A DNA stretch of 64,000 nt from Chlamydiales bacterium (GTDB taxonomy: Bacteria; Chlamydiota; Chlamydiia; Chlamydiales; JAAZZY01). Below are positions 33,013-44,127 of this stretch, one piece after another. Location: positions 32,001-96,000 of the forward strand of contig CBDBKM010000001.1 of NCBI GenBank assembly GCA_965206695.1, read 5' to 3'. Below the pieces are notes generated by a model. That model saw only the letters and a list, made by a program, of their open reading frames with translations. It was not told where the DNA came from and did not search any database. A program made the position numbers and the translations under genes. Every line of letters begins with the position of its first letter. Within the stretch, counting starts at the first letter, position 1.

Positions 33013-33648
33013 ATGGGACAAAAAGTATGTCCAATAGGGTTTCGCTTAGTTTGTAATAAAAAATGGAAATCCATGTGGTACGCGAACAAACAAGAATTTG
33101 GAACGCTATTGATCGAAGATCAGAAGATAAGAAAAGCATTGAAAAGCAAGCCTTCCTGTGTAGGAGCATCTAGGTTTTTTATTCGTCGTATGAGTGAAAA
33201 GGTAGAAGTGACAATACATACAGCTAGACCCGGCCTTGTCATTGGTAAGAAAGGGGCTGAAATTGATATTTTGAAAAAAGAATTGAGTCGACTAACCAGA
33301 AAAGAAGTTTGGATTGAAGTCGAAGAAATAAAAAGACCTGATTTAGATGCGGTCTTAGTTGGCGAAGGAATTGCTAAACAAATTGAAAGGCGAATGCCCT
33401 TTAGAAGAGTTTTAAAGAAAGCGATTCAAGCTACAATTGATGCTGGAGCGCAAGGCATTAAAGTCCAACTTTCCGGACGTTTAGGTGGGGCTGAAATAGC
33501 TAGATCTGAATGGTATAAGGAAGGATCGATACCGTTACATACGTTACGTGCAGATATTGACTATTCGAGGACTAGAGCCGAAACGACGTATGGCACAATT
33601 GGTATCAAAGTTTGGATAAATCGTGGTGAAGAACAAATAGCTAAGTAA
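33013..33648 (+). CDS. rpsC: 30S ribosomal protein S3
   Basis: MGQKV.P.GFR, PLHTLRADIDY. Confidence 0.97.
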   Translation: MGQKVCPIGFRLVCNKKWKSMWYANKQEFGTLLIEDQKIRKALKSKPSCVGASRFFIRRMSEKVEVTIHTARPGLVIGKKGAEIDILKKELSRLTRKEVWIEVEEIKRPDLDAVLVGEGIAKQIERRMPFRRVLKKAIQATIDAGAQGIKVQLSGRLGGAEIARSEWYKEGSIPLHTLRADIDYSRTRAETTYGTIGIKVWINRGEEQIAK

Positions 33649-33660
33649 TGGGGGCCCACA

Positions 33661-34080
33661 ATGGCTTTAATGCCTAAAAGGACTAAGCATAGAAAACAGC
33701 AAAAAGGTCAACATGCCGGCCTAAGTAAAGGCGGGAATTTTGTGGACTTTGGAGATTATGGAATTCAAGTGTTAGAAAGAGGAAGAATTTCTAATACTCA
33801 AATTGAAGCTTGTCGTATAGCGATTAATCGTTATTTTAATAGAAGAGGAAAAGTTTGGATAAGAATATTTCCGGATAAGCCGGTGACTAAAAAACCGGCC
33901 GAAGTACGTATGGGCAAAGGTAAAGGTTCTCCGGATCATTGGGTAGCTGTCGTAAGACCCGGCAGGATTCTATTTGAAGTTGGTAATGTGTCAAGAGAAA
34001 TGGCGCAACAAGCTTTAAGTAGAGCATCAGGCAAGCTGGGGATTAAAACAAGATTTGTAGAACGTTTAGAACGAGTTTGA
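33661..34080 (+). CDS. rplP: 50S ribosomal protein L16
   Basis: [15 protein letters not shown]. Confidence 0.97.
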   Translation: MALMPKRTKHRKQQKGQHAGLSKGGNFVDFGDYGIQVLERGRISNTQIEACRIAINRYFNRRGKVWIRIFPDKPVTKKPAEVRMGKGKGSPDHWVAVVRPGRILFEVGNVSREMAQQALSRASGKLGIKTRFVERLERV

Positions 34081-34090
34081 GGTAATTTAA

Positions 34091-34327
34091 GTGGCAAAGA
34101 TACAAGAATTAAAAGATCAATCAACTGAGGCATTAGAAGCTCTTTACCAAGATTGTCGTAAAGAAGTATTTGACTTCAAATGTGAATTTAAACTCACAAA
34201 AAAGTTAGAACGTCCTCATTTGATTAAAGAAAAAAAGAAAGATATTGCCCGGATATTAACAATATTACGTGAAAGATCTGTAGCAAAAGGTAAGCAGTAT
34301 GAAGATGGAGCAAAGAGGAACTCGTAG
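34091..34327 (+). CDS. rpmC: 50S ribosomal protein L29
   Basis: KKDIARILT; operon position. Confidence 0.93.
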   Translation: MAKIQELKDQSTEALEALYQDCRKEVFDFKCEFKLTKKLERPHLIKEKKKDIARILTILRERSVAKGKQYEDGAKRNS

Positions 34328-34553
34328 GCAAAAAAAAGGCGTCGTTTTATCTAATAAGATGAATAAAACTGTTATAGTTCAAGTTGATACTACCTTTAGA
34401 CACCCTAAATATAAAAAAGTTATTACTAGAGGGAAAAAATATTATGCACATGATGAATCAAACGTATTGGAAATTGGAAAAACAGTGACAATACAAGAAT
34501 CAAGACCATATTCAAAATTGAAAAGATGGTTAGTCGTTTCATCTGAAAATTAA
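34299..34553 (+). CDS. rpsQ: 30S ribosomal protein S17
   Basis: KMNKT, HPKY, AHDE, RPYSK. Confidence 0.96.
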   Translation: MKMEQRGTRRQKKGVVLSNKMNKTVIVQVDTTFRHPKYKKVITRGKKYYAHDESNVLEIGKTVTIQESRPYSKLKRWLVVSSEN

Positions 34554-34579
34554 TGAAAAAGTGTTAAGGAATAAAAAAA

Positions 34580-34948
34580 ATGATTCAACAAGAATCTCAG
34601 CTAAAAGTGGCCGATAATACAGGTGCAAAAAGAGTTAAGTGTTTTAAGGTATTGGGTGGTTCTAAGAGAAAAACAGCTAATGTCGGTGATATAATCGTTT
34701 GCTCTGTTAAAGAGGCTGACCCCAATTCAAGTGCTAAAAAAGGCGATGTTGTAAAAGCTGTTATTGTTAGAACAAAGAATTACATTAAACGAAATGATGG
34801 TTCTAAATTACGTTTTGATATGAATAGCTGTGTTCTTATTGATGACAAAGGTAACCCTAAGGGAACAAGAATATTTGGACCTGTAGCAAGAGAAGTTCGA
34901 GATAGTGGATATTTAAAAATATGTTCACTGGCACCGGAAGTTATTTAA
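34580..34948 (+). CDS. rplN: 50S ribosomal protein L14
   Basis: [21 protein letters not shown]. Confidence 0.98.
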   Translation: MIQQESQLKVADNTGAKRVKCFKVLGGSKRKTANVGDIIVCSVKEADPNSSAKKGDVVKAVIVRTKNYIKRNDGSKLRFDMNSCVLIDDKGNPKGTRIFGPVAREVRDSGYLKICSLAPEVI

Positions 34949-34974
34949 AATGTATAAGACTCGGAGAAGGTAGA

Positions 34975-35313
34975 ATGAGTAAGTTCATCAGAGTTGGTGA
35001 TCAAGTTGGCATTATTGCCGGAAATGATAAAGGAAAGATGGGAACAGTCTTAAAATGCATGACAAAGAAAGTTGTTGTCCAAGGCATAAATATTCGAAAG
35101 AAACACCAAAAGGCTCGTTCACAAGAAGAACCTTCTCAGATTATCGAATTGGAAAAGCCTATTAATAAGTCTAATGTGATGATCGCTATAAATGATACCA
35201 AATGGGTTAAGTTAAGACTTAGGATAAACAAAGAAGGGTCCAAAGAATTATATTATTTGGATGGACAAAATGAAGTGTTATATCGTCCATTAAAAAAACA
35301 ATCGAAACAGTAA
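34975..35313 (+). CDS. rplX: 50S ribosomal protein L24
   Basis: GDQV.IIAGNDKGK KOW motif; ATG 34975. Confidence 0.95.
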   Translation: MSKFIRVGDQVGIIAGNDKGKMGTVLKCMTKKVVVQGINIRKKHQKARSQEEPSQIIELEKPINKSNVMIAINDTKWVKLRLRINKEGSKELYYLDGQNEVLYRPLKKQSKQ

Positions 35314-35319
35314 GAAATT

Positions 35320-35853
35320 ATGTCTGATTTAAAAGAAAAGTATCAAAAAGAAATAATCCCTAAACTACAGAATAAATTTGCCTATAAAAATGTAATGCAA
35401 GTTCCCTGTATTAACAAGGTAATTATTAGTATGGGAATAGCTGAAGCAGCTAAAGACAAAAATGCGCTTCAAGATTGTATTAATGAATTAACAATGTTGT
35501 CCGGGCAGAAACCAATTGTTACAAAAGCTAAGAAAGCTATTTCTAATTTTAAACTAAGAGAGGGCCAGCCGGTCGGTTTAAAAGTAACATTGCGCGGAGA
35601 TCGGATGTACGATTTTATTTATCGATTCATTCACCTGACGTCACCTCGTATTAGAGACTTTAGAGGCCTTACAGTAACCGGTGATAAAATGGGAAATTTT
35701 TCATTAGGATTAGATGATCAGCAAGTTTTTCCTGAAATCAATTTAGATCTTGTTAAAAGACAACAAGGAATGAATATTACGTTTATAACAAGTGCAAACA
35801 GTGATGCTGAATGTCAGGAATTGTTAACATTAATCGGTATGCCCTTTAAATAA
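35320..35853 (+). CDS. rplE: 50S ribosomal protein L5
   Basis: [18 protein letters not shown]. Confidence 0.97.
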   Translation: MSDLKEKYQKEIIPKLQNKFAYKNVMQVPCINKVIISMGIAEAAKDKNALQDCINELTMLSGQKPIVTKAKKAISNFKLREGQPVGLKVTLRGDRMYDFIYRFIHLTSPRIRDFRGLTVTGDKMGNFSLGLDDQQVFPEINLDLVKRQQGMNITFITSANSDAECQELLTLIGMPFK

Positions 35854-35871
35854 TCAAATAGGAAAAATGCA

Positions 35872-36270
35872 ATGACTTTAAGCGATCCCATAGCGGATTT
35901 ATTAACGAGAATTAGAAATGCTTTAATGGCTAAGCAGAGATATATTGATGTACCTTTATCGCGAGAGAAAAAAGACATTGTACAAATTCTTAAAAAGAAA
36001 GGATTTGTATATGATTTTTTTGTTGATGATAGCACTAAGAAAGGAAAACTCAGAATATTATTAAAGTACACGAAAACTAGAGAACCGATTATCGCAGGCC
36101 TAAAACGTATGTCTAAGCCTAGTTTACGTCACTATGTTAAATCATCTGAAATACCAAGAGTATTAGGTGGAATTGGCATTTCAATTATATCGACTTCTCA
36201 AGGCATAATCGATGGTGAAGAAGCTCGGACAAAGAATATTGGCGGAGAATTACTCTGTCTAATTTGGTAG
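35872..36270 (+). CDS. rpsH: 30S ribosomal protein S8
   Basis: DPIADLLTRIRNA, GGELLC. Confidence 0.97.
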   Translation: MTLSDPIADLLTRIRNALMAKQRYIDVPLSREKKDIVQILKKKGFVYDFFVDDSTKKGKLRILLKYTKTREPIIAGLKRMSKPSLRHYVKSSEIPRVLGGIGISIISTSQGIIDGEEARTKNIGGELLCLIW

Positions 36271-36289
36271 AGAATTTAAGGGGGGGTAT

Positions 36290-36831
36290 ATGTCGAAAAT
36301 TGGTAAAGAACCAATAATAATTCTGAAGGGAGTTGAAATTACAGTTTCAGGGACTACTGTTACTGTAAAAGGTCCAAAAGGAACATTGACAATTGAAGTT
36401 ATGGATGGGATAGAACTAAAGATTGAAAACGATATATTAGTGGTAAGTCTATCAGGTAAGTTAAAGGAAAAAAATAATTTTCATGGCCTATATAGAGCTC
36501 TTATACAGAACATGGTTACCGGTGTTGTGAATGGGTTTAAAAAAGAATTAGAATTAAAAGGAGTAGGATATAGGGGCCTCAGTTCAAGGTAATAATCTAA
36601 ACGTATTAGTTGGGTTTTCTCATCCTACATTATTACCAATTCCGGAAGGAATTCAAGCCAGGGTCGATAACAACACGCTCATACTTATTACAGGTATTGA
36701 TAGGCAAAAAGTTGGGCAATTTGCGGCTAATATAAGAAGCTTAAGAAAGGCCTGAGCCTTATAAAGGAAAAGGTATTCACTATAAAGGTGAATATGTTCG
36801 AAGAAAGGCCGGTAAGTCCGGTGGAAAATAA
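36290..36831 (+). CDS. rplF: 50S ribosomal protein L6 (two apparent +1 G insertions)
   Basis: MSKIGK, GVGYR; continues in other frames GFSHP...PEPYKGKGI...RKAGK to TAA 36831; breaks near 36575 and 36750. Confidence 0.93.
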
Positions 36832-36878
36832 GTCTAAGATTTTGTTGAAATTATTGAAGGAATATCGAGGCATATAAA

Positions 36879-37244
36879 ATGGAAAGTTCGAAATTAAAAA
36901 CTAAAAAGAAACAATTAAAGAGGCAACAACGAGTTCGGCGTCAAATAAAAGGAAAAAATAGATATCCTCGTTTATCTGTTAATAAGACAAATACAAATAT
37001 TTACGCTCAAATTATTGATGATGAAATCGGTAAAACACTTGGTAGTTTTTCTACCTTGGACAAGGAATTTAGAAGTGATTGCTCTAAATCGAAAGATGCT
37101 GCGTTAAAGGTAGGCTCTCAGATTGGTGAAATCGCAAAATCTTTAAAAATTGACCGTATGGTCTTTGATAGAGGACGTTACAAATATCACGGAATTGTCA
37201 CCGTCTTAGCTGACGCTGTTCGTGAGAAAGGGATACAATTATAA
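36879..37244 (+). CDS. rplR: 50S ribosomal protein L18
   Basis: PRLSV, YAQIIDD, FDRGRYKYHG. Confidence 0.97.
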   Translation: MESSKLKTKKKQLKRQQRVRRQIKGKNRYPRLSVNKTNTNIYAQIIDDEIGKTLGSFSTLDKEFRSDCSKSKDAALKVGSQIGEIAKSLKIDRMVFDRGRYKYHGIVTVLADAVREKGIQL

Positions 37245-37262
37245 GCCTAGGAAAATAATAGA

Positions 37263-37763
37263 ATGTCAAAAAAATTAAATGAATCTAAATCTGTTGATGA
37301 TTTCAAATCAGAATTTGAAGAAAAGGTTTTATTCATAAATAGATGTGCTAAAGTATTAAAAGGTGGTAGAAAATTTAGTTTCTCTGCTCTTTTATTGGTC
37401 GGTGATGGAAATGGAAATGTAGGATTCGGGTTTGCAAAAGCGAATGAACTATCAGATTCAATCAAAAAAGCAAGTGAATCTGCCAGAAAGAATGTTATGA
37501 GCGTAGAAATGAAAGGTACAACTATTCCACATGAAATTTTAGTAGCATGGGATGGTGCAAGACTTCTAATTAAGCCGGCACCGGAAGGAACCGGAATTAT
37601 TGCCGGATCTAAAGTTCGAGCTGTATTAGAACTTGCCGGAATTAAAGATGTCGTTGCAAAAAGTCTTGGTTGTAATAATCCTATAAATCAGGTTAGAGCA
37701 ACATTTAAAGGTTTGAAGATGTTACGCAATAAAGAAGACTGTATGCAGATGAGGGGATTATAA
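37263..37763 (+). CDS. rpsE: 30S ribosomal protein S5
   Basis: KGGRKFSF, PAPEGTGIIAG. Confidence 0.97.
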   Translation: MSKKLNESKSVDDFKSEFEEKVLFINRCAKVLKGGRKFSFSALLLVGDGNGNVGFGFAKANELSDSIKKASESARKNVMSVEMKGTTIPHEILVAWDGARLLIKPAPEGTGIIAGSKVRAVLELAGIKDVVAKSLGCNNPINQVRATFKGLKMLRNKEDCMQMRGL

Positions 37764-38209
37764 TGAATTTAAATTCACTAACAAATCGATCAAGAGCTGC
37801 AAAGAAGTGTAAAAGAGTAGGGCGTGGGCCCGGCTCAGGAATGGGTAAAACTTCTTGCAGAGGTGAAAAGGGTGATGGATCACGATCCGGTTATAAAAGA
37901 AGATATACTTACGAAGGTGGTGGTGTACCATTATTTAAACGTTTACCTACCAAAGGATTTTCTAATGCGCGATTTAAAAAGCGTTTAGATGCTATTAATT
38001 TAAAAATGATTGATGCTGTATATGCTGATGGTGAAGTGGTCAATATGGATTCGCTTAAAGCTCATGGCCTCATTAGTGGAACCTCACATGGTATTAAAAT
38101 CCTAGGGGATGGTGAATTATCTAAACAAGTTACATTTGAGGTCCATAAATTATCGGGATCAGCAAAAGAAAAACTTGATAAAATGGGTATAAAATATACA
38201 CTGGCATAG
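37763..38209 (+). CDS. rplO: 50S ribosomal protein L15
   Basis: RVGRGPGSGMGKT, EGGGVPL. Confidence 0.97.
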   Translation: MNLNSLTNRSRAAKKCKRVGRGPGSGMGKTSCRGEKGDGSRSGYKRRYTYEGGGVPLFKRLPTKGFSNARFKKRLDAINLKMIDAVYADGEVVNMDSLKAHGLISGTSHGIKILGDGELSKQVTFEVHKLSGSAKEKLDKMGIKYTLA

Positions 38210-38254
38210 CTAGTAAATATTTCATTTTTTTAATCATTAAATGTTAATCATAAT

Positions 38255-39626
38255 ATGATAGAAAGCTTAAAACGCGCATTTTCGATCCCTGAGTTAAAAT
38301 CAAAAATTATTTTTACATTGATAATGCTAATTATAGTCAGAATTGGTGCATTTGTACCCGTTCCCGGAATCAATGGTGAACTTGCTTTAAGTTATTTTAA
38401 ATATGCAACTAAGGGCGGACAGAATTTATTTCAGTTAGTTGATGTTTTTTCCGGAGGAGCCTTTGCTCAGATGACGGTAATAGCCTTAGGTATTATGCCT
38501 TATATTACTGCTTCGATTATTATGCAGTTGTTAGTTGCCCTGATACCAACCTTACAACGTGAAATCAGAGAGAATAGTGCTTTAGGTCGAAAGAAAGTTA
38601 ACAAGTGGACAAGAGTACTATCTTTAATTTTATCTTTATTCCAATCAGGACTTTTAGCTCGTTATGCTTTGCAGATGAATTTAGCTAGACCCGGAATAGT
38701 GATGGATCAATTAGTCAATATGCAGATTTTCGGTGTTCCATGGGTATTTTTTATCTTAGTTATGTTAACAATGACGACCGGTACCTTGTTTCTTATGTGG
38801 ATTGGTGAGCAAATTTCTGAAAAGGGAATTGGAAACTGAATAAGTCTAATTATTACTATTGGTATCCTATCTCAAATACCTTCTGCAATTGGATCAATTA
38901 TCAGTCAATTGAATCTTGACTCACAGGAAGTTGGGCAAATGACCTTTTCTTCTTTAATAATTTTGTGTATTGTATTTGTTGGAGTCATTATATCGACGAT
39001 CTTGATTATACAAGGTCAAAGGCGAATCCCCTTACAATATGCCAGAAGGATTGTTGGACGAAAAGAGGTTGGTGGATCTAATGCGTATATACCTCTAAAG
39101 ATTAATTATGCCGGAGTTATACCTGTTATATTTGCCAGTTTCATTATTAATGTTTCCGGCGACTGTTGGGCAACTTGTTGGAGCAGGATCCTGGATTGGA
39201 ATAGTTGCTAATTGGATCTCACCGGGTAGCATTGGATACACAGTATTTTTTGTGTTACTTATCATGTTCTTTACTTATTTCTGGACTGCCACTCAGTTTC
39301 ATCCGGAGCAAATAGCTTCGGATATGAAGAAGAATGGAGCATTTATTCCGGGAGTTAGACAAGGGAAGCCAACTCAGCAATATTTAGAAACAGCTATGAA
39401 CAGAATTACACTAATGGGAGCTATATTTTTGGCAACAATAGCCATCTTGCCTACTATAATAGGTAAAGTTTTAGGTATAGACCCAACAATAAGTCATTTT
39501 TTTGGTGGGACATCACTTTTGATATTAGTGGGTGTAGTCTTAGATACTATGCAGCAGATTGATTCTCATATGCTGATGAAACGATATGACGGTTTTATGC
39601 GTAAAGGACGGGTGAGAGGAAGATAA
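38255..39626 (+). CDS. secY: Preprotein translocase SecY (internal TGA at 38837, frameshift near 39139)
   Basis: [51 protein letters not shown]. Confidence 0.95.
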
Positions 39627-39733
39627 GTGTTATTGTTATTATTAGATCAATTTTGCTTTTAATTGGATGCTATGATACAATTAACGCCCGTTCAAAATTA
39701 AATTATTAATTAAATTAAGGATTGGAGAAATTA

Positions 39734-40108
39734 ATGCCCAGGATTATTGGTGTTGATATACCTGATAAAAAAAGATTGGCAATAAGTCTTACATACATAT
39801 ATGGAATTGGACGGGTCAAAGCAAATGAAATTATTAAAAAATTGAATCTTGATCCCAATATGAGAGCTCTAAAGTTATCTCCTGAAGACATAGCAAAATT
39901 AGCCGCTCTTTTACAAACTGATTATGTTGTTGAAGGTGATCTAAGAAGACAAGTACAAAATGATATCAAGCGGTTGATCAATATACATTCATATCGAGGA
40001 TTGAGACATAGATCGAAGTTGCCGGTCAGAGGACAGCAAACTCAAACTAATGCAAGAACCAGAAAAGGTAGGAAAGTAACCGTAGCAGGTAAAAAATCTG
40101 CGAAGTAA
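39734..40108 (+). CDS. rpsM: 30S ribosomal protein S13
   Basis: RIIGVDIP, LTYIYGIG, PVRGQ.T.TNARTRKG. Confidence 0.97.
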   Translation: MPRIIGVDIPDKKRLAISLTYIYGIGRVKANEIIKKLNLDPNMRALKLSPEDIAKLAALLQTDYVVEGDLRRQVQNDIKRLINIHSYRGLRHRSKLPVRGQQTQTNARTRKGRKVTVAGKKSAK

Positions 40109-40173
40109 GAGAAGACGTTTTCATCTATTGTAATTAGATGAAAAGTGAATAATTCAAGAGGAGTTCAAACATT

Positions 40174-40581
40174 TTGGCTAAACAAGTGGTAAATAAAAAA
40201 GCTAATACAAAAACTAAAAAGAAGAGTTCTAGAACAGTTCCTTCCGGAATAGCGAATGTAAAAGCGACCTTTAATAATACAATAGTTTCGATATCAGACC
40301 CAAATGGTAATATAGTATCTTGGTCTTCTGCAGGGAAGTCTAACTTTAGCGGATCTAGAAAATCATCTGCTTTTGCAGCTACTGTTGCAGCTCAAGATGC
40401 GGGAAAGATAGCTATGAGCCAAGGGATGAAAGAGGTTGAAGTTAACTTAAAGGGACCCGGCGCCGGAAGAGAATCCGCTGTAAGAGGTTTACAGAGTTCA
40501 GGTTTAATGATTACGATAATACGAGATAAAACTCCTGTTCGACACAATGGATGTCGCGCAAGAAAACGACGTCGTGTCTAG
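40174..40581 (+). CDS. rpsK: 30S ribosomal protein S11 (TTG start)
   Basis: [21 protein letters not shown]. Confidence 0.97.
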   Translation: MAKQVVNKKANTKTKKKSSRTVPSGIANVKATFNNTIVSISDPNGNIVSWSSAGKSNFSGSRKSSAFAATVAAQDAGKIAMSQGMKEVEVNLKGPGAGRESAVRGLQSSGLMITIIRDKTPVRHNGCRARKRRRV

Positions 40582-40626
40582 GAACTAATTTTTTTATTTA
40601 AGCCAATTTATATAGGAGTCATTTTC

Positions 40627-41712
40627 ATGGCAGTAGTTTTTGGTAAGTTTCAAATGCCGGAACAAATATCAGTAGAAGAATCATCTTCTACTTTCGCTAG
40701 ATTTATTGCAGAACCTTTTGAAAGAGGATTTGGGCATACAATAGGCAATTCACTTAGAAGAATAATGCTGACTTCCATTGAAGCTCCTGCAGTAGTATCA
40801 GTAATGATTGAAGGTGTGCCACATGAATATATGGCCGTTGATGGTATTATTGAAGATATGACTAATGTTATTCTGAACCTAAAAGGTGCTTTATTACGTT
40901 GCCTGTCTTTGGAAGATTCTAATTATGTGGGTGTTTACAATACAATTTCAATCATATTAGATATTACCGAGGCAGATCTTGAAGGTGGCCAATATAAAGT
41001 CACTTTAAAGGATCTTGTGAAAGAAGGTCTTTATGAAGTTATCAACCCTGATTTACATATTTTTACAGTAACTAAACCTATGCATCGTAGAATTGATTTG
41101 AAAGTAGCGACAGGAAGAGGATATGTTCCTTCTGAGCGTCATGATATTGAATCGAAATTAGAAGGCGAAATTGTAGTTGACTCAGCTTTTTCCCCTGTCC
41201 GTTTGGTTAATTACTATGTCGAAAATACTCGAGTAGGACAGGATACTGATTATGACCGATTAATATTAGAAGTTTCGACAGATGGAAGGATTACTCCTAA
41301 AGAAGCGCTGTCATTTGCTTCTCAAATTAATATTAAGCATCTGGATGTGTTTAATCAACTTGATACCTATAATATTAAGTTTGAAGAAGTAGACAAAGAA
41401 AAAGATACTGATAAAGATGAAATGTTACGTAAACTTTGTTTACGTATTAATGAGATTGAACTTTCAGTAAGGTCTACAAATTGTTTAAGTAGTGCTAACA
41501 TTCAGACAATCGGTGAATTAGTAGTTAAACCTGAATCTGATATGTTAAAATATCGTAATTTTGGAAAGAAATCACTCAATGAAATTAAAGATAAATTATC
41601 TGAAATGGGTTTAAGCCTTGGAATGGATTTATCTCGTTATGGAGTCAATGCAGATAATGTTAATGACATTATGAGAGATTATCAAGAAGAGCAAAAGAAT
41701 AATAATACCTGA
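40627..41712 (+). CDS. rpoA: RNA polymerase alpha subunit
   Basis: EPFERGFGHTIGNSLRR, ELSVRSTNCL, NFGKKSL. Confidence 0.98.
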   Translation: MAVVFGKFQMPEQISVEESSSTFARFIAEPFERGFGHTIGNSLRRIMLTSIEAPAVVSVMIEGVPHEYMAVDGIIEDMTNVILNLKGALLRCLSLEDSNYVGVYNTISIILDITEADLEGGQYKVTLKDLVKEGLYEVINPDLHIFTVTKPMHRRIDLKVATGRGYVPSERHDIESKLEGEIVVDSAFSPVRLVNYYVENTRVGQDTDYDRLILEVSTDGRITPKEALSFASQINIKHLDVFNQLDTYNIKFEEVDKEKDTDKDEMLRKLCLRINEIELSVRSTNCLSSANIQTIGELVVKPESDMLKYRNFGKKSLNEIKDKLSEMGLSLGMDLSRYGVNADNVNDIMRDYQEEQKNNNT

Positions 41713-41720
41713 GGTTTTAA

Positions 41721-42149
41721 ATGAAGCATCGTAAGGATATCTTTAAAATTGGTCGAACGGGTTCACATAAACGATGTCTATTGGCCAATATGTTAAAGTC
41801 ATTAATAGAGCATGAACGAATCGAAACAACTATTACGAAAGCGAAAGAGCTGCGTCGTCATGCTGATAAAATGATTACTCTTGCTAAGGGAAACGATTTA
41901 GCTAGTCGCAGACGCGCTATTGCTAAATTAATGATTAGATTTAACCATTTAAATAGTAAGGAAGCAAGGCTTGCCAAAGCCGGCGATCTTTCTTCTTACA
42001 ATACAGATCGAACAGTTGTGAATAAACTATTTGGAAATCTGGGCGTACGTTTTGCTACTCGTAATGGTGGATATACTAGAATCATCAAAGGCAACTTTAG
42101 AAAAGGTGATGGTGCTGAAACTTGTTTCATCGAATACTTAGAAGAATAA
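41721..42149 (+). CDS. rplQ: 50S ribosomal protein L17
   Basis: [24 protein letters not shown]. Confidence 0.97.
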   Translation: MKHRKDIFKIGRTGSHKRCLLANMLKSLIEHERIETTITKAKELRRHADKMITLAKGNDLASRRRAIAKLMIRFNHLNSKEARLAKAGDLSSYNTDRTVVNKLFGNLGVRFATRNGGYTRIIKGNFRKGDGAETCFIEYLEE

Positions 42150-42177
42150 GTTTTAGCTTAAATACTTTTAAGTATGT

Positions 42178-42207
42178 AAAACCCTATTAAATATGATAGG
42201 GTTTTTT
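42178..42207. terminator. Intrinsic, possibly bidirectional, terminator after rplQ
   Basis: AAAACCCTAT-TAAATATG-ATAGGGTTTTTT. Confidence 0.75.
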
Positions 42208-42757
42208 ATGCATTCTTGAGATGTTCAATCCAACTATCAGGAAGTCCTGCTTTTCTAGACTCTTTATTATAAATAAAGCTTTTTTCCTTAGCTCGGAAGG
42301 GCCTTAGGATATACGGAAGACTCCGGATCCAATTAGTCCATTCGTCACTATCTTTTGATGTCATTTTGTTCAAATATTTATAACCAATTAATAATTTTGC
42401 AGCAAGGTCATCCTCATTATTAGCTTAAGAGTGTGTACTTACTCCTTTTCGAAAAGAAGTTGGGGCATCAGGAAATACGGGTAAGGCAAAAGCCGAAATT
42501 TTTATTGCTAATAGTTCGTGACCCGCAAAGCGATGCAAACAAATCGCACGATTATCAGCTATATGATGTTCTTGAAAAGAAGGCAGCTTATCTCTTCCAA
42601 GAGTGTTTTTTAAAGTCCATGCCTACAGGGCCGTCCCGGTTCAGAGTATCGAATTATAGGCCCGGGCTTTTTATTCGTAAGTATTATGGGTTGTAGCAGT
42701 TTTTCTTCAATCGAGTCTCCGGAAAGAATTCGGTTTGCCTATTCTTCTTAGTTCCAT
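42206..42757 (-). pseudogene. Ferritin-like DUF455-family pseudogene
   Basis: RILSGDSIEEKLL...KLPSFQEH..DNRAICLHRFAGHELLA...FPDAP.SFRKG...RKAGLPDSWIEHL* across frameshifts and a stop; middle part appears deleted. Confidence 0.65.
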
Positions 42758-42763
42758 CTCATC

Positions 42764-44035
42764 TTAATTGTCGTTAATGATATGAAACGCAGGATAGGCA
42801 AACCGGTTATTTGGTCTGGGACATCCTTTTAGTGTCACATACTCACCAATTTTATCTTGGAGATTTATTTGCGTGCTATAAATATACGCAATTGGCGTAT
42901 TGTTTTGACGCAATATGAAATCACCCGGTTTATTCTTCATTGAATAATGAAATGGTTCTACTATTCCTGAAATGATTACTGAATTTAGCATTTCGTCTTG
43001 ATAGTATTCATCGACTGTCGCGTTTGGATGGGTTCGTAACCAATATTGAAATAGTGATTCTTCAACAGGTTCCCAAACACGCATTTTGTCCGTCATATAT
43101 TTTGAAAGACTTGAATACATATGCTGATTAGGGAGAAGATCGTTTTGTAGTTGTTTCCCATCTTTTAAAGCTAAATCAGTATGATGACTATCATTCTTAA
43201 TGTTAGTATCCTTTCCAAAATTTGATGGAATCAGAGCTCTTAGGGCCGCTACTTCTTTAGATGCAATTCCTGCTTTTGTTTCTAAAAAGGTAATCTTCTT
43301 TTCAGAATATTCTTGTTGGATACTTGTAATTAATTGTCTGATTGTGAAAACGTCTTCTTCAAATTCTTTGAAATCTTTAATCATCTTTTCAAGAGAATAG
43401 ATAGGTCTTTCGATATCGATTTCTTGGAAAGGTTTTCTAAATTCGGCTTGAGTTAGTAAATTCGTTTTATCGATTAATTGCTGAAGTTCGTAGCGTCTAT
43501 TTAAGTATTTTTTTGCATAATCCAGATCACCAATTTCTTCTACATACTCTTTTGCAACCCAAAAATAGGTATCTTTAGGAATACTAATTTCGAGCCATTT
43601 GCCGGATGCTTCAGCTATTGTTCCATTAACAACGTCTCCGGTATTAAGTTGTGCTATAACCGGAGCATCTAAATTAGATGATAGCCTAATATTGACTCGC
43701 TCACCTTCCACAGTATCGTGTAATACAAATGTTCTAAATACATATGCTTTCATATCTTTTGGCGGCCGAACAGCGTAGTAGCCATCCTTTTCACCATAAA
43801 CTGCAAAGATATCTCCTTTATCCAATTCTTTTACAATAAAGGATTCTAAATTGGATTGCAGACGCAACCGAACTTTATTTCCGGTGACTTTGCCGGCAAA
43901 AGGTTTTAATGAAAGCATTTCGCAAATAATTAAATCAGCTTCTGTTGAAACGCTTGCTTCATTTTCTGAGCATACTATTGCACATATTGACATAAATGAA
44001 ATACATAAAAGAAAAAAATAAATTCCTTTAAACAT
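42764..44035 (-). CDS. SH3-domain protein, CT017 (Ctad1)-like
   Basis: Signal peptide, two bacterial SH3-like repeats (KVRLRLQ, RVNIRLS), C-terminal RPNNRFAYPA. Confidence 0.75.
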   Translation of the reverse strand: MFKGIYFFLLCISFMSICAIVCSENEASVSTEADLIICEMLSLKPFAGKVTGNKVRLRLQSNLESFIVKELDKGDIFAVYGEKDGYYAVRPPKDMKAYVFRTFVLHDTVEGERVNIRLSSNLDAPVIAQLNTGDVVNGTIAEASGKWLEISIPKDTYFWVAKEYVEEIGDLDYAKKYLNRRYELQQLIDKTNLLTQAEFRKPFQEIDIERPIYSLEKMIKDFKEFEEDVFTIRQLITSIQQEYSEKKITFLETKAGIASKEVAALRALIPSNFGKDTNIKNDSHHTDLALKDGKQLQNDLLPNQHMYSSLSKYMTDKMRVWEPVEESLFQYWLRTHPNATVDEYYQDEMLNSVIISGIVEPFHYSMKNKPGDFILRQNNTPIAYIYSTQINLQDKIGEYVTLKGCPRPNNRFAYPAFHIINDN

Positions 44036-44127
44036 CTTAAGAGCTCCTCAATCTTCTATCTCCTGACTATCGAATGGCTACTTTATGTCTTTTGGAATTT
44101 TTGACCAACTTCTTTTTCTGTATTTAT

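Noticed and set aside
38837..38839. TGA read as Gly (alternative genetic code) in secY
   Set aside because: TGA terminates lepA, rplP and rpoA normally and no other core gene has an internal TGA; a single-base error is more likely
29784..42149. Absence of rpsJ, rpsN, rpmD, adk, infA, rpmJ and rpsD from the cluster
   Set aside because: This is the usual chlamydial arrangement
42433..42696. 87-aa plus-strand ORF
   Set aside because: Antisense shadow of the DUF455 pseudogene
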